Below the pieces are notes generated by a model, which had not been told where the DNA came from, did not search any database, and was given only the letters and a program-made list of their open reading frames with translations. A program made the position numbers and the translations under genes. A stretch of 52,027 nucleotides of DNA, taken from contig CAUJDC010000025.1 in NCBI GenBank assembly GCA_963169815.1, forward strand, positions 1 to 52,027. The letters are read 5' to 3'. Source of the DNA: Patescibacteria group bacterium. Lineage in GTDB: Bacteria; Patescibacteriota; Gracilibacteria; UBA1369. Of the stretch, positions 1 to 12,268 are shown in pieces. Every line of letters starts with the position of its first letter. Within the stretch, counting starts at the first letter, position 1.

Positions 1-1434
1 GATCGTTTTTTGCCTGATAAAGCAATTGATTTAATGGATGAAGCCGCTTCAGTTTTGAAAATTGAAATAGACTCAAAACCTACTGAGTTGGACGCCTTGC
101 ACAGAAAAATCATGCAATTGGAAGTTGAACGAGAAGCTTTGAAGTCAGAAAAGGATGACAAAGTCGCCAAAAATCGTTTGAAGGACTTAGAAAAAGAATT
201 AGCTGAACTTCATGAACAGGAAGGACAGCTAGAGTTACATTGGAAAAATGAAAAAGAAACGATTGATAAAATCAAGGATTCCGCCAAACAAATCGATGCT
301 TTGAGACTGGAAGCAGGTCAAGCAGAACGTATTGGTAATTATCAAAGAGTCGCTGAAATCAATTATGGGAAAATTCCAGAATTGGAAAAAGAAATTGAGA
401 CAGCTCAAAAAAGATTGGCTGACTTACAGAAAGATCGCAAAATTTTGAAGGAAGAAGTGACCGAAGAAGATATAGCCAAGATTGTTTCCCGCTGGACAGG
501 AATTCCTGTGGCAAAAATGCTTAAGGAAGAGTCACAGAAAATGACGGAGTTGGAAAAACTTTTGGCTCAGCGTGTAATTGGACAAAAAGCTGCGGTAGAA
601 GTAGTTGCTAAGGCTATTCGCCGTAATCGTGCGGGCATTTCTGAGGAAAATCGTCCAGTAGGATCATTTATGTTTGTCGGCCCTACTGGTGTTGGTAAAA
701 CAGAATTGGCCAAGGCTTTGGCACAGGTCTTGTTCAATGATGAAAGAATGATCACACGCATCGATATGAGTGAATATATGGAAAAACACTCTGTAGCTAG
801 ATTGGTTGGCTCTCCTCCAGGATATGTCGGTTATGAGGAAGGTGGTCAATTGACTGAAGCGGTACGCCGTCACCCATATACTGTCATTTTACTTGATGAA
901 ATAGAGAAGGCTCATCCAGATGTATTCAATATTTTGTTACAGGTTTTGGACGACGGAAGGCTGACCGATTCTAAAGGAAGAACTGTGGATTTCAAAAATA
1001 CAGTAATTATTATGACTTCTAATCTCGGATCTGCTGAAGTTTCTGCTGCTAAAGGTGAAGACAAAAAGCAGGAGTTACAGATGAAAATATTGCGTAGTTT
1101 TTTCCGTCCAGAGTTTTTGAATCGTCTCGATGATATTATTATTTTCCAAAAACTAAGCAAAGAAGAATTGGCAGAAATAGTAGAGCTTCAGATCGAGACA
1201 GTTCGTAAGCGTTTGAAAAAAAAGGGTATTGATGTCGAAATCACCAAGATGGCTGCGATGTACTTGATTTCTGCGGGTTATGATAACGAGTTTGGAGCAA
1301 GACCGCTTAAAAGAGTTATTCAAACTAAAATCTTGGACGAACTGGCTTTGCAGATTATCGAGGGAAAAATTAAAGAGGGAGACAAGGTTACGGTGGATTT
1401 TGCTGACGATGAGATATTGATTAAGAAAAAGTAG
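1..1434 (+). CDS. clpB: ClpB disaggregase, C-terminal ~477 aa (5' end lies outside the window)
   Basis: The frame is open from nt 1 (DRFLPDKAIDLMDEA). A coiled-coil middle domain is followed by NBD2 with Walker A GPTGVGKT, Walker B ILLDEIEKAH and sensor GARPLKR. Stop is TAG at 1432-1434. Confidence 0.93.
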   Translation, partial: DRFLPDKAIDLMDEAASVLKIEIDSKPTELDALHRKIMQLEVEREALKSEKDDKVAKNRLKDLEKELAELHEQEGQLELHWKNEKETIDKIKDSAKQIDALRLEAGQAERIGNYQRVAEINYGKIPELEKEIETAQKRLADLQKDRKILKEEVTEEDIAKIVSRWTGIPVAKMLKEESQKMTELEKLLAQRVIGQKAAVEVVAKAIRRNRAGISEENRPVGSFMFVGPTGVGKTELAKALAQVLFNDERMITRIDMSEYMEKHSVARLVGSPPGYVGYEEGGQLTEAVRRHPYTVILLDEIEKAHPDVFNILLQVLDDGRLTDSKGRTVDFKNTVIIMTSNLGSAEVSAAKGEDKKQELQMKILRSFFRPEFLNRLDDIIIFQKLSKEELAEIVELQIETVRKRLKKKGIDVEITKMAAMYLISAGYDNEFGARPLKRVIQTKILDELALQIIEGKIKEGDKVTVDFADDEILIKKK

Positions 1435-1602
1435 GAATTTACAAAGAGAGGGTGATTATGCCCTTGTTGTACCGTAAATTTACCCCAGAGCTTTTGAAGT
1501 GTTCGCACAGACAATAGTTTATTAAGCAGAACAAGTCTGGCTTATTGACATTTATTGTTTTAGATTTAAGATTCAATAGTTTGTAGAACTTAATCTATTT
1601 TT

Positions 1603-3036
1603 ATGGCTAAACAGGAAGGATTTGTTGATGTGCTTGAAGGAATTGTTTACGGAGATGAGGGTAAAGGCGATATAGTTGATGAAAAGTTGGCACATGGTGA
1701 ATATGATATTTCTGCTAGAAAAAATGGTGCTAATAATGCTGGTCATAATGTAGTAACTGAGACAGGAGAAAAGTTGATTTTAAATGCCATTCCGTCAGGT
1801 GTGAAATATAGAAATATTATTTGTTATATTGGTTCTGGCTGTGTGGTAGATCCAACGCATTTGATAGAAAAAGAAATTCCTGACATTGAGAGAGTTGGTT
1901 TGAGTTTGGATGAAAGATTTAAAATTTCTCTTGCGGCTACGGCAATTACACCTATTCATAGAATTCTGGATGGAGAAAATGGCAAAGATATTGGTACAAC
2001 GGGCAAAGGAGTTGGACCGGCTTATGTTTCCAGAGCCTTACGTGCCAATGGGAAGATTTTGGAAAATTTACGTTTTGCGGAAATACTGGCCAATCATAGT
2101 GCTACGAGAGAAACTTTACTCACTCAATATGATCGTTTGTTGAAGCACAAATTGATAGGTGAAGTGCCTGATATTGATCATAGAATCGCTCGTTTTTTGG
2201 TTGCAGTACAGATGCTTAATCATAGAGGTTATTTGGAAAAGGATACTAATTGGCTAACCAATGAAGTTAAGGGGGGCAAAAATGTATTAATGGAAGGAGC
2301 TCAAGCTTTTGGTTTAGATGCGGTGTTGGGGGCTGCTCCCTTTGTGACTTCTAGTTCATGTGTAGAAGGCAGCGCCTTTGTAGGGGGAGATGTCCCAGCA
2401 CGCTATCATCGAAAAACGATTGGTGTAGCAAGTCTTGTTCCAACAAGAGTTGGTAATGGCCCATTTGTAGGAGAATTCGGCGGCGAGAGATCTGAGATTT
2501 ACTGTGCTGAAAAAGATGAAAAAGGAGAAACTAAGCACAATAAAACTTTTGAAGCGCGTAAATATGTGATGAGTCAGATGTTACAATCTGATGATCCGTT
2601 TATATTTGGAATTGGTTTGCGCATGGCAACTGAGAATTACGGCGCTACTACCGGCCGTCCGAGAAGGGTTGGTCGTATTGATTTAAAATTGTTGTCGGCG
2701 GCTGCGTTGAGAAGTGGTTTGAACGAGTTAGTATTAACTAAAATGGATTGTCTCCGATATTTTGAATCAATGGGTTATGTTCCAGTAATAACTGGTTATG
2801 AACTTGATGGAAAATCTTTAAATCATATGCCAATTACAGCCGATGAATTATATTTGGTGAAAACTGTAGAAGAAAAGTTTGATTTACCAGAAGATATTCG
2901 TGGAGTCGCAAGATTTGAGGATTTACCTAAGAATGCTAAGGCTTTGGTAGACAGGATTCAGCGTGAAACTGGCACAAAAGTCAGTATCATTGGTATAGGC
3001 CCGGGCAAGCAGCATAAGGTTCGTCTGGTTGCTTAA
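1603..3036 (+). CDS. purA: Adenylosuccinate synthetase-like protein (divergent PurA with an insertion)
   Basis: PurA signatures are present: GDEGKG P-loop (here GDEGKGDIVD, canonical GDEGKGKIVD), NAGHN, GTTGKGVGPAY, MEGAQAFGLD, TRVGNGPF and GATTGRPRRVG. There are about 35 extra residues before the GATTGR motif. Confidence 0.82.
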   Translation: MAKQEGFVDVLEGIVYGDEGKGDIVDEKLAHGEYDISARKNGANNAGHNVVTETGEKLILNAIPSGVKYRNIICYIGSGCVVDPTHLIEKEIPDIERVGLSLDERFKISLAATAITPIHRILDGENGKDIGTTGKGVGPAYVSRALRANGKILENLRFAEILANHSATRETLLTQYDRLLKHKLIGEVPDIDHRIARFLVAVQMLNHRGYLEKDTNWLTNEVKGGKNVLMEGAQAFGLDAVLGAAPFVTSSSCVEGSAFVGGDVPARYHRKTIGVASLVPTRVGNGPFVGEFGGERSEIYCAEKDEKGETKHNKTFEARKYVMSQMLQSDDPFIFGIGLRMATENYGATTGRPRRVGRIDLKLLSAAALRSGLNELVLTKMDCLRYFESMGYVPVITGYELDGKSLNHMPITADELYLVKTVEEKFDLPEDIRGVARFEDLPKNAKALVDRIQRETGTKVSIIGIGPGKQHKVRLVA

Positions 3037-3080
3037 AAATTGCTGTGTTAGAATCGCCAGGAAGTTTTTAACAATTTTCT

Positions 3081-4640
3081 ATGATTCCTGACAAGCATAA
3101 GCCAACTGTATCTGTTTTGAAGAAAGCAGCTGAACAGGGTGCTGGACCGGCAGGTATTTTCGCGGCAATAGCTGGTTTCTTTTCTGACTTTGTAAAACCA
3201 TTGATTAACCTGGTACCTTACTTTTTTGTTGCTTCTCTTGGGGCTAGTTTGATTCTCTGGTTTGGCTTTATCGCCAAGGGTAAAAAGCCTTCAGAAGTAG
3301 ATACTTTTGACGAAATTCTACGAAGCAAGCATGGCGTACTTTTTGGTATTACGGTTTTGTCGACTGCATTTTGGCTTTTGATGATTCCAATTTTTGCCGT
3401 GACACCTCAGGAGGGAGTGGTGGCTAGTGTAGTGCCGCCAGCAGGGGATTTGCAGCATATGATGATGGCTCGTTTTGATAAGATTGATGATAAACTCGAT
3501 AAAGGATTTGCCGCTGTTTTAGATAAAATAGATCAAATTGACAGCAGTGCTGGAATTATTTCCGCTCCGACTTCCTATAATGATTTTTACCATAATGCGC
3601 GTGTCCATGAACTAGGAGGAAATATGCTGGAAGCCCGCAAGGATTATGAAAAGTATTTTGAAACAAATCTCAGTTATATCGATCCATTCTTGTCTTACGC
3701 CCAGATTATTAAGGCTATTGAAGGGCCAAGTTCAGCAGGAGAATTTTTAGGTAAACTAAGAGACCAATATCCAGACAACCCGGCTGCAGCTCTAGTTTAT
3801 GCATTGAATAAAACCGCCCGTGAAGATAAAGAAGCATTGTTAAATATGTTGGCCAGCAAATATCCTGATTATGGCCCAATTTTCTACTATCAATTGGAAT
3901 TATATTCTTATAAAGAAAGTGGAGTTCCGACTTTGGCAGAACAGACAAAAGCTCAGGAGGCTTTGAAGAAAATTGATGAATTGGAAAAGAAAGGAATGTT
4001 CTCTAAATTTTTCATCGATCAAAAAGTTTTGTCAGAGAAACAGGATTTCATTAAGTCCCAGTCGAGCATGGCCAACTCATACTATGGCAATATGGTAAAG
4101 AATCCCGTGGACTTCAAAATTGAATATGTGAATGGCAGCGTTTCAATGACTTTTGTGCCAATGGAAACGGTTAAGAAGATTTTTTATCGAGTAGATGGTC
4201 AGGACGACTTCAAAGACACTGGTTCAATGGGAATTACGGCTCCTGGATCAACTGAATCATTGCCTAATTACGGAACAATTGAGCCACTTAAAGTTGGTAA
4301 ACATACCGTTGAAGTTAAATATATAGATGCCAAGGGACAAGAAAGCGCTGTATCTAAATTTGATTTTGAAATTACTCCGCTGAAAATTGATTTCATGGGT
4401 TATAAAATTCAAAATCCTCGTACTGGAAAAGCTGGCCCGTACATTTATTATAATTTCTACAGTCCTGAAGATTCAGAGTCTGTAGTCAAATACAGTTTCG
4501 ATTCAGAAGCCTATGATCAAACGGGTGATGGAATGATTTTCCTTGATTCGCTCAGTCCCGGTAAACACACGGTCTATTTCCAGACTAAGTTGTCTAGTGG
4601 TGATGTGCTTAAACAACAGAAAGATGTGGAAGTCAATTAA
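3081..4640 (+). CDS. Hypothetical membrane protein (N-terminal TM helices, helical middle, repeated beta-rich C-terminal modules)
   Basis: It is a 519-aa ORF with 3 hydrophobic N-terminal segments. The motif GKHTVEVKY / GKHTVYFQT is repeated in the C-terminal third. No family was recognised. Confidence 0.6.
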   Translation: MIPDKHKPTVSVLKKAAEQGAGPAGIFAAIAGFFSDFVKPLINLVPYFFVASLGASLILWFGFIAKGKKPSEVDTFDEILRSKHGVLFGITVLSTAFWLLMIPIFAVTPQEGVVASVVPPAGDLQHMMMARFDKIDDKLDKGFAAVLDKIDQIDSSAGIISAPTSYNDFYHNARVHELGGNMLEARKDYEKYFETNLSYIDPFLSYAQIIKAIEGPSSAGEFLGKLRDQYPDNPAAALVYALNKTAREDKEALLNMLASKYPDYGPIFYYQLELYSYKESGVPTLAEQTKAQEALKKIDELEKKGMFSKFFIDQKVLSEKQDFIKSQSSMANSYYGNMVKNPVDFKIEYVNGSVSMTFVPMETVKKIFYRVDGQDDFKDTGSMGITAPGSTESLPNYGTIEPLKVGKHTVEVKYIDAKGQESAVSKFDFEITPLKIDFMGYKIQNPRTGKAGPYIYYNFYSPEDSESVVKYSFDSEAYDQTGDGMIFLDSLSPGKHTVYFQTKLSSGDVLKQQKDVEVN

Positions 4641-4719
4641 GCTTTAGCAAATCAGAAAAAGTGAACTCTTAGCCTGTTGACTTTTAAAAATTTGCCTGTA
4701 ATATTTCGGGCGAAAAATT

Positions 4720-4766
4720 AAAAGCTTAAGTTTAACTAAATTAGATTTAGTCTTAAGCTTTTTTAG
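4720..4766 (+). terminator. Long hairpin with flanking A and T runs between the 3081-4640 ORF and atpB
   Basis: AAAAGCTTAAG (4720-4730) pairs perfectly with CTTAAGCTTTT (4752-4762). An inner ACTAAA/TTTAGT stem is present, and a T run follows. Confidence 0.5.
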
Positions 4767-4794
4767 AATCGTATCTTGGTTTTGAAAACTCCAA

Positions 4795-5550
4795 ATGGGT
4801 GACTTAGCACAACTAGAAATACATTTAGCTCCAAAAACTTTAATCAAATTATTTGGGGTGTTACCAATTACTGACACTATCGTAATGATGTGGGTAGTGA
4901 TGGCAATTCTAGTTGTATTGGCGCTGATTTTCCGTAAAACCATGAAGGAAAAACCAACTGGCTTCCAAAATTTTGTCGAATGGGCTCTGGGAGGTATGTA
5001 TGACTCTATGGAAACCACTGGTGGTAAGGAGGCGAAAAAGCATTTCAATATCTTCATTACTTTTTTTCTGGTAATTCTTTTCTCAAACTGGTCAGGTCTG
5101 GTTATGGGCACTATCAGCGAACATCTTGGTTTTCTCCGCGCGCCGACTTCAGACTTAAATACTACTGTAGCATTGGCTTTGTCGGCATTCTTTTATTTTG
5201 AGTATCAGGGCGTTAAGGCTCATGGATTCTTTGGTTATCTTGGTCACTTTGTGAATGTGAAGGCACTATTTACAAAAGGTGGTATGGGGGTAATCGATTT
5301 CTTTGTTGGTTTGCTTCATATTGTTTCTGAGTTTGTTAGGCCACTTGCACTTTCTCTACGTTTATTTGGTAATATTTTCGGTGGTGAAATCCTTCTAACT
5401 GTAGCGTTTCTGATTATGAAAGGCCTTGTCCCTGTACCGTTTATGATGTTGGAATTCCTGGTTGGTCTGATTCAGGCATTTGTATTTTCAACATTATTTT
5501 TGACCTTTACTGCGCTGAACACTGCTCATGCTGAAGAAGAGCATCATTAA
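4795..5550 (+). CDS. atpB: F0 ATP synthase subunit a
   Basis: Polytopic membrane protein with the a-subunit signature LSLRLFGNIFGGE (essential Arg). It is the first gene of the atp cluster. Confidence 0.93.
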   Translation: MGDLAQLEIHLAPKTLIKLFGVLPITDTIVMMWVVMAILVVLALIFRKTMKEKPTGFQNFVEWALGGMYDSMETTGGKEAKKHFNIFITFFLVILFSNWSGLVMGTISEHLGFLRAPTSDLNTTVALALSAFFYFEYQGVKAHGFFGYLGHFVNVKALFTKGGMGVIDFFVGLLHIVSEFVRPLALSLRLFGNIFGGEILLTVAFLIMKGLVPVPFMMLEFLVGLIQAFVFSTLFLTFTALNTAHAEEEHH

Positions 5551-5584
5551 TTATATAGTTATTATTTTTTAATCATTTAACTAA

Positions 5585-5803
<219 letters not shown>

Positions 5804-5810
5804 TTAATTT

Positions 5811-6368
5811 ATGAACGACGAAATATCTGTAGAACACACAACTGAAGCGCTGGTTGAACAGAATGCTGAGGCTGCTCACAGCAGCGGAATTTCGATCGAC
5901 CCTGCTATTGTCGGTTTTCAGGCATTGAACTTTCTGATTTTGCTTGTGATTTTAAGAGCAATTCTTTACAAGCCACTCTTAAATATGCTGCAAACTCGCG
6001 AAAAGAAAATCAAAGAAGGTGTGGAAAATGCTGAACAGGCTGCTATCTTACTTAGAAAATCTGAAACAGAACGCGAGCAAATTGTTAAAGCTGCCCGCGC
6101 TGAAGGTCAGACTATGGTAGAAGCTGCTCGTGCCAGTGGAGAAAAGCTTCGTGCAGAACTCTTGGCGAAAGCTCAGGAAGAAGCACAACACACAATTAAT
6201 GCTGGTAAGAATGCTTTGGAAACTGAAAAAGCTAAAGCTTTTTCTGAGATCAAGACGGCAGCAGCAGAACTAATTCTTCAAGCGACTGAAAAATTGATGA
6301 ATGAAAAAATGGATACTGCTAAAGATGGCAAATTCGTAAAAGAAGCGCTTGAATCATATCTAAAATAA
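5811..6368 (+). CDS. atpF: F0 ATP synthase subunit b
   Basis: It has one TM segment followed by a long Ala/Glu/Lys-rich helix. It lies between c and delta. Confidence 0.85.
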   Translation: MNDEISVEHTTEALVEQNAEAAHSSGISIDPAIVGFQALNFLILLVILRAILYKPLLNMLQTREKKIKEGVENAEQAAILLRKSETEREQIVKAARAEGQTMVEAARASGEKLRAELLAKAQEEAQHTINAGKNALETEKAKAFSEIKTAAAELILQATEKLMNEKMDTAKDGKFVKEALESYLK

Positions 6369-6904
6369 TGTCCAAAGATTTACATTTAAAATTTGCTAGA
6401 GCCCTTTATGGGGTTGCTCGAAAAAAACAGATAACTGCTCAATATTTGGAGCAATTAACTTTGATTGGTGAGATGCTTCAATCTGATCAAAATTTGAAAG
6501 AGTTGATGATGCAAATGTCCGCTTTGGATATGAACAAAATTGTCGAATTGATTGGTGGAGCTTTTGGAAAATCCTGTGAAGATGGGCTTGTAAATATGCT
6601 GGCTTTGCTTGTGGCAAACCGTCAAATGAAATTGATTCCTTTAATTCAGAAAAGTTTTCAGAAACTCTACTTTGAAACTGAAGGGATCAGTGATTTGATT
6701 ATTTCTACTAGCCGTGAACTCAGTGACACCGAAAAAACTGAAATTGCTAAAAAATTCGTCAAGAAAAATGCCCACATAACTTATAAAGTTGAGACGGATT
6801 TGATTGGGGGACTGAGAGTTTACGAAAATGGAATACTGACTGACTTTTCTCTCCGCGGTCAGTTGAATCAGTTAAGACAAATGTTAGTTGGAGAAAATAA
6901 TTAG
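6368..6904 (+). CDS. atpH: F1 ATP synthase subunit delta (OSCP)
   Basis: It is 178 aa, its start overlaps the atpF stop (TAATG), and it occupies the conserved position before alpha. Confidence 0.8.
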   Translation: MSKDLHLKFARALYGVARKKQITAQYLEQLTLIGEMLQSDQNLKELMMQMSALDMNKIVELIGGAFGKSCEDGLVNMLALLVANRQMKLIPLIQKSFQKLYFETEGISDLIISTSRELSDTEKTEIAKKFVKKNAHITYKVETDLIGGLRVYENGILTDFSLRGQLNQLRQMLVGENN

Positions 6905-6928
6905 TCTAATAAAATTTTAATTACCAAT

Positions 6929-8446
6929 ATGAAGCTAGACTCAAAGAAAATTACTGGTTACCTTCAGGAACAACTGGAAAACCTCAATTTTAAACCTGAA
7001 ACTGTTGATACAGGTGTTATTGCCCTGGTTGGTGATGGTGTGGTTCAGGTAAGTGGCCTCAATAATGTACAGATGGGTGAAATGATCGAGCTTCCAGGCC
7101 CATCCTATGGTATGGCGATTAACCTTGCTCAGGATACTGTAGGTTGTATTCTTTTCAGCCAAGGTACAGACCTCAGAGAAGGTGATACAGTAAAGAGTAC
7201 TGGCAAAATCATGGAAGTGCCAGTTGGACCAGAACTAACAGGCCGTGTGGTAAATGCACTCGGACAACCGGTTGATGGTAAAGGTGCTATTAAGTCAAAG
7301 AAATTCCGTCCAATTGAACACAAAGCTGAAGGTGTTATTAATAGAAAATCCGTTTCTACGCCACTTCAAACTGGTATCAAAGCGATTGATGCGATGATTC
7401 CAATTGGTCGTGGTCAGAGAGAACTGATCATCGGTGACCGTCAAATTGGTAAGACTGCTATCGCTATCGATGCGATTATCAATCAGAAAGGGCAAAATGT
7501 TCATTGTTTTTATGTGGCTATTGGTCAAAAACAATCCAATGTCGCCAACATCGTTCGCAAACTTGAAGAAACTGGCGCGATGGAATACACTACTGTGATT
7601 ACCGCCAGTGCTTCTGATCCTGCTGCGATGAGTTTTATCGCTCCTTATGCTGGTTGCGCGATGGCTGAATATTTCATGTATGAAGGTAAAGATGCTTTGA
7701 TTGTTTATGATGATCTTTCTAAACATGCTTGGGCTTATCGTGAAGTATCACTCCTACTTCGCCGCCCACCAGGACGTGAAGCCTATCCAGGTGACGTTTT
7801 TTATCTCCATTCTCGTTTGCTGGAGAGATCTTCTAGACTTGCTGACGCAATTGGTGGTGGTTCAATAACTGCTTTGCCAATGATTGAAACTCAGGCTAAT
7901 GATGTTTCTGCTTATATTCCAACCAATGTAATTTCTATTACTGACGGACAAATTTTCTTGGAATCAGAACTTTTCTACGCAGGTAAGAGACCTGCAGTAA
8001 ATGCCGGTATCTCAGTATCCCGCGTAGGTGGTTCTGCCCAGGTTCCTGTAATGAAAAAAGTTGCTGGTAACTTACGTTTGAGTTTGGCTAAATTCAGAGA
8101 ATTGGAAGCATTTGCTCAAGTAGGTTCTGACCTCGACGCTCAGACTAAAGCTCAATTGGAACGTGGTCAGAGAGCCGTGGAAGTTTTGAAACAACCACAA
8201 TACAAACCACTTCCAGTGGCAAAACAAATTGCTATTATTTACGCTTTGAACAGCGGTTTACTGGATGACATAGAAGTGAAGGAAGTAAACGCTTTTGAAG
8301 AAAAGATGTATCAGTATTTGGATCAGGATCAAAAGAATCTCCAGGTTTCTCTCGCTACTGCTGCGAAGTTTACTCCAGAACTTGAAGCAGAACTCAAAGG
8401 AGCGATTATGGAATTCAAGAAGAATTGGATGGCGTTAAAAAAATAA
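6929..8446 (+). CDS. atpA: F1 ATP synthase subunit alpha
   Basis: Walker A GDRQIGKT, followed by [26 protein letters not shown]. Confidence 0.97.
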   Translation: MKLDSKKITGYLQEQLENLNFKPETVDTGVIALVGDGVVQVSGLNNVQMGEMIELPGPSYGMAINLAQDTVGCILFSQGTDLREGDTVKSTGKIMEVPVGPELTGRVVNALGQPVDGKGAIKSKKFRPIEHKAEGVINRKSVSTPLQTGIKAIDAMIPIGRGQRELIIGDRQIGKTAIAIDAIINQKGQNVHCFYVAIGQKQSNVANIVRKLEETGAMEYTTVITASASDPAAMSFIAPYAGCAMAEYFMYEGKDALIVYDDLSKHAWAYREVSLLLRRPPGREAYPGDVFYLHSRLLERSSRLADAIGGGSITALPMIETQANDVSAYIPTNVISITDGQIFLESELFYAGKRPAVNAGISVSRVGGSAQVPVMKKVAGNLRLSLAKFRELEAFAQVGSDLDAQTKAQLERGQRAVEVLKQPQYKPLPVAKQIAIIYALNSGLLDDIEVKEVNAFEEKMYQYLDQDQKNLQVSLATAAKFTPELEAELKGAIMEFKKNWMALKK

Positions 8447-8452
8447 TTACAC

Positions 8453-9328
8453 ATGGCATCACTTAGAGATTTAAAAATTAGAATCAAGTCGATTAAATCG
8501 ACTCAAAAAATCGCTAGAGCAATGGAAATGGTTGCGGCCTCAAAGATGAAAAAGGCTCAGCAACAAGCTTTGGCAGGACGTCCTTATCTGCACAAATTGC
8601 GTGAAATTCTCTTCAATCTGATTTACTCCAGCGAGCCACGTTTACAACATCCTTTCCTGGATCGTGGTACTGTAGCCAAGGGCCAACAGAAACGTATCGG
8701 TTATATTTTAATTAGTGCTGATCGTGGCCTTTGTGGAGCATTCAATGCCAACTTAACTAAAACTGTTTTAGAATCATTTTCAAATGATGGCGCTAAATCC
8801 AGAACTGCTGTGACGGTGGGTAAGAAAATTCGTCAAGCAATGCAGAGAATTGGACAGGCTACTATTGGTGATTTTACCAATATGGCTAATTCCCCAACTT
8901 TCCTTGATACAATTGGTATCGCCAAAATGATGGTGGAAGAATATCTGCAGGGTAACCTTGATGAAGTTCAATTGGTTTATACACAGTTTTATTCTACTGC
9001 TACTCAGAAACCTAAAATTGAAAAACTCTTACCAGTGGAACCCGAAATTGATTTTGCTTTGGAAGGACCAATGCATAAGAGTGAATACATTTTTGAAGCA
9101 GATAAATCTAAACTTTTGGATGAACTTTTGCGCCGTTACATTGATACTGAAGTTTATCAGGCTGTACTAGAATCTGCTGCTTCTGAACATTCCGCCCGTA
9201 TGATGGCCATGCATAAGGCTGCTGATAATGCCAAGGAAATCGTTGCTAATCTGACTCTCGAATACAATAAAACTCGTCAGACTAAAATTACTACTCAGAT
9301 ATTGGAAATTGTCGGTGGTATACAATAA
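8453..9328 (+). CDS. atpG: F1 ATP synthase subunit gamma
   Basis: N-terminus MASLRDLKIRIKSIKSTQKIARAMEMVA and C-terminus TKITTQILEIVGG. Confidence 0.93.
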   Translation: MASLRDLKIRIKSIKSTQKIARAMEMVAASKMKKAQQQALAGRPYLHKLREILFNLIYSSEPRLQHPFLDRGTVAKGQQKRIGYILISADRGLCGAFNANLTKTVLESFSNDGAKSRTAVTVGKKIRQAMQRIGQATIGDFTNMANSPTFLDTIGIAKMMVEEYLQGNLDEVQLVYTQFYSTATQKPKIEKLLPVEPEIDFALEGPMHKSEYIFEADKSKLLDELLRRYIDTEVYQAVLESAASEHSARMMAMHKAADNAKEIVANLTLEYNKTRQTKITTQILEIVGGIQ

Positions 9329-9359
9329 TTATTTATAAAATTTATCAATATTAATTTAG

Positions 9360-10766
<1,407 letters not shown>

Positions 10767-10772
10767 TTAATT

Positions 10773-11183
10773 ATGTTTGAACTAAGCGTTATTACAGCTG
10801 AAAATAAGATTTTCCACGGTAAGGTGCAGTCACTCACCGCGCCTACTGTCACTGGTGAAGTTGGTGTTTTAACTGGTCACCGTGCCATGATTGCCAAACT
10901 TGATGTGGGAAGTCTAAAAGTAGTTGATGAAAATAAGCAAAGCTTGAATATTTTCGTGGCAGGTGGTTTTCTGGAAGTAAACAGTAACAAAGTTACAGTA
11001 CTGGCTGATACGGCTGAAAACATCGATGAAATTGCTTTAGATCAGGCTATTGAAGCCCGCAAAAAAGCTCAAGAACAATTGGAAAAAGCTACTGACCATG
11101 TCAGTGCTGAAGCTCTCAAACAAGAACTGAAAGTAATGATGATGAGAGAAAGACTCGCCAATATTGCCAAATATCGCCAATAG
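10773..11183 (+). CDS. atpC: F1 ATP synthase subunit epsilon
   Basis: It is 136 aa with a beta-sandwich N-terminus and a helical C-terminus. It is the last gene of the atp cluster. Confidence 0.88.
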   Translation: MFELSVITAENKIFHGKVQSLTAPTVTGEVGVLTGHRAMIAKLDVGSLKVVDENKQSLNIFVAGGFLEVNSNKVTVLADTAENIDEIALDQAIEARKKAQEQLEKATDHVSAEALKQELKVMMMRERLANIAKYRQ

Positions 11184-11186
11184 AAA

Positions 11187-12212
11187 ATGTCTGAGACCAA
11201 ACACAAAATAGCCATCTGGAAAAAACTACTAGGCTTAGTTGTTGTTTTGGTTTTACTCGGTGATACTTTTTTGATTTGGCAGATGAGTTCTGTGGTCATG
11301 CGTGTTGATAAATACAATCAAGGCGTTGTTGATGAAGTTGGTGGAGTAGTTGGTGATGTAAACAGTTTCGGTAATGATTTAAATGAAATTCGCCGTTTTT
11401 TGTTGTTGCCTGAAAAAAGCTATGGTTCAGAAGATAGCAAAGGGGACCAAGAAAATGGTTCAGATCTAAAAGAAAATTCTGAAAATGAATTAGGTGCTTA
11501 TGCCTTTTTAAATTCCTTGGTTGTTGAAAAGCAACAAGCAGAGGTGAAAGCAAAAGCTGCTGTGGCCTTTGATCAACTATTAAAAGGTGAAGATCTAAAA
11601 AATCTGATGGCTTCTGGTTTGGCTATTGCTGAACAAGGAGATTTGCAAATTAAATTCAAGGATAATCAGGCCAATTTGGCTGATGGGGCTAAAAATGATT
11701 TTTATGACCAGCCACTTTATAATCTGGTTTTTGTGGCTGAGAAAAATACTTTCCGTGTTCAAAGCGCATTGGGTGAACAGGACTTTTCCAATTATTCTGA
11801 GGCCAATTGGTCTGCCGCTCTGTCCACTTATTTGAAAGATAATATCGTCAAAGTTAGAGAAAAGAAAAAGGCTGATATGGCCAAGCAGGCTGCTGATCAG
11901 AATAAAGCCAATGATGAAGTTAAGGCCCTTCAGGAGGCGCGGAAAAAAGAATTGGACGACTTGGTGAAAGACAAAGCTTTCAATGAAACTCTAGCTACAA
12001 TTGGCTTGAAGATTGATGAAAAGGCTCAAGATGATGCCAATAAGTATGCTTATAAAGTTCTTGATATTAGCGGGAAACTCAGTTTTACTCTAATGCTGGA
12101 AAAATCTTCTGGCATGATTAAAGTGCTCAGAGAAGATGGTGAAGGAGCTCATCAAGAAATTGATATTCGTTCTTTTCTAAAAACTGACGAAGGCTCAAAA
12201 AAAAAGCCTTAA
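11187..12212 (+). CDS. Membrane-anchored coiled-coil protein; possibly the N-terminal part of the downstream LCP enzyme
   Basis: It has an N-terminal TM helix (IAIWKKLLGLVVVLVLLGDTFLIW) followed by a K/E/A-rich region. It ends 4 nt after an in-frame A_AAA_AAG heptamer inside a run of 9 A. Confidence 0.65.
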   Translation: MSETKHKIAIWKKLLGLVVVLVLLGDTFLIWQMSSVVMRVDKYNQGVVDEVGGVVGDVNSFGNDLNEIRRFLLLPEKSYGSEDSKGDQENGSDLKENSENELGAYAFLNSLVVEKQQAEVKAKAAVAFDQLLKGEDLKNLMASGLAIAEQGDLQIKFKDNQANLADGAKNDFYDQPLYNLVFVAEKNTFRVQSALGEQDFSNYSEANWSAALSTYLKDNIVKVREKKKADMAKQAADQNKANDEVKALQEARKKELDDLVKDKAFNETLATIGLKIDEKAQDDANKYAYKVLDISGKLSFTLMLEKSSGMIKVLREDGEGAHQEIDIRSFLKTDEGSKKKP

Positions 12213-12268
12213 TTCTCCCTAAGGACATTCCAAATTATGGCGATGAAGCCAAGGTTGTAGCCGGCCAG

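Noticed and set aside
567-1514. Antisense or out-of-frame track ORFs nested in clpB, and similar ones in purA, atpA, atpD, hsdM, hsdR, the recombinase, the OLD gene, the ABC genes, yaaA, ung, rny and others
   Set aside because: All lie wholly inside strongly supported genes on the opposite strand or in another frame. Their sequences are low-complexity or biased. They are by-products of AT-rich sequence with few stops.
1603-3036. PurZ-like (2-aminoadenine pathway) identity for the divergent PurA homologue
   Set aside because: The gene sits in a housekeeping context and is longer, not shorter, than PurA. It retains the main PurA motifs. The P-loop variant GDEGKGD alone is insufficient evidence.
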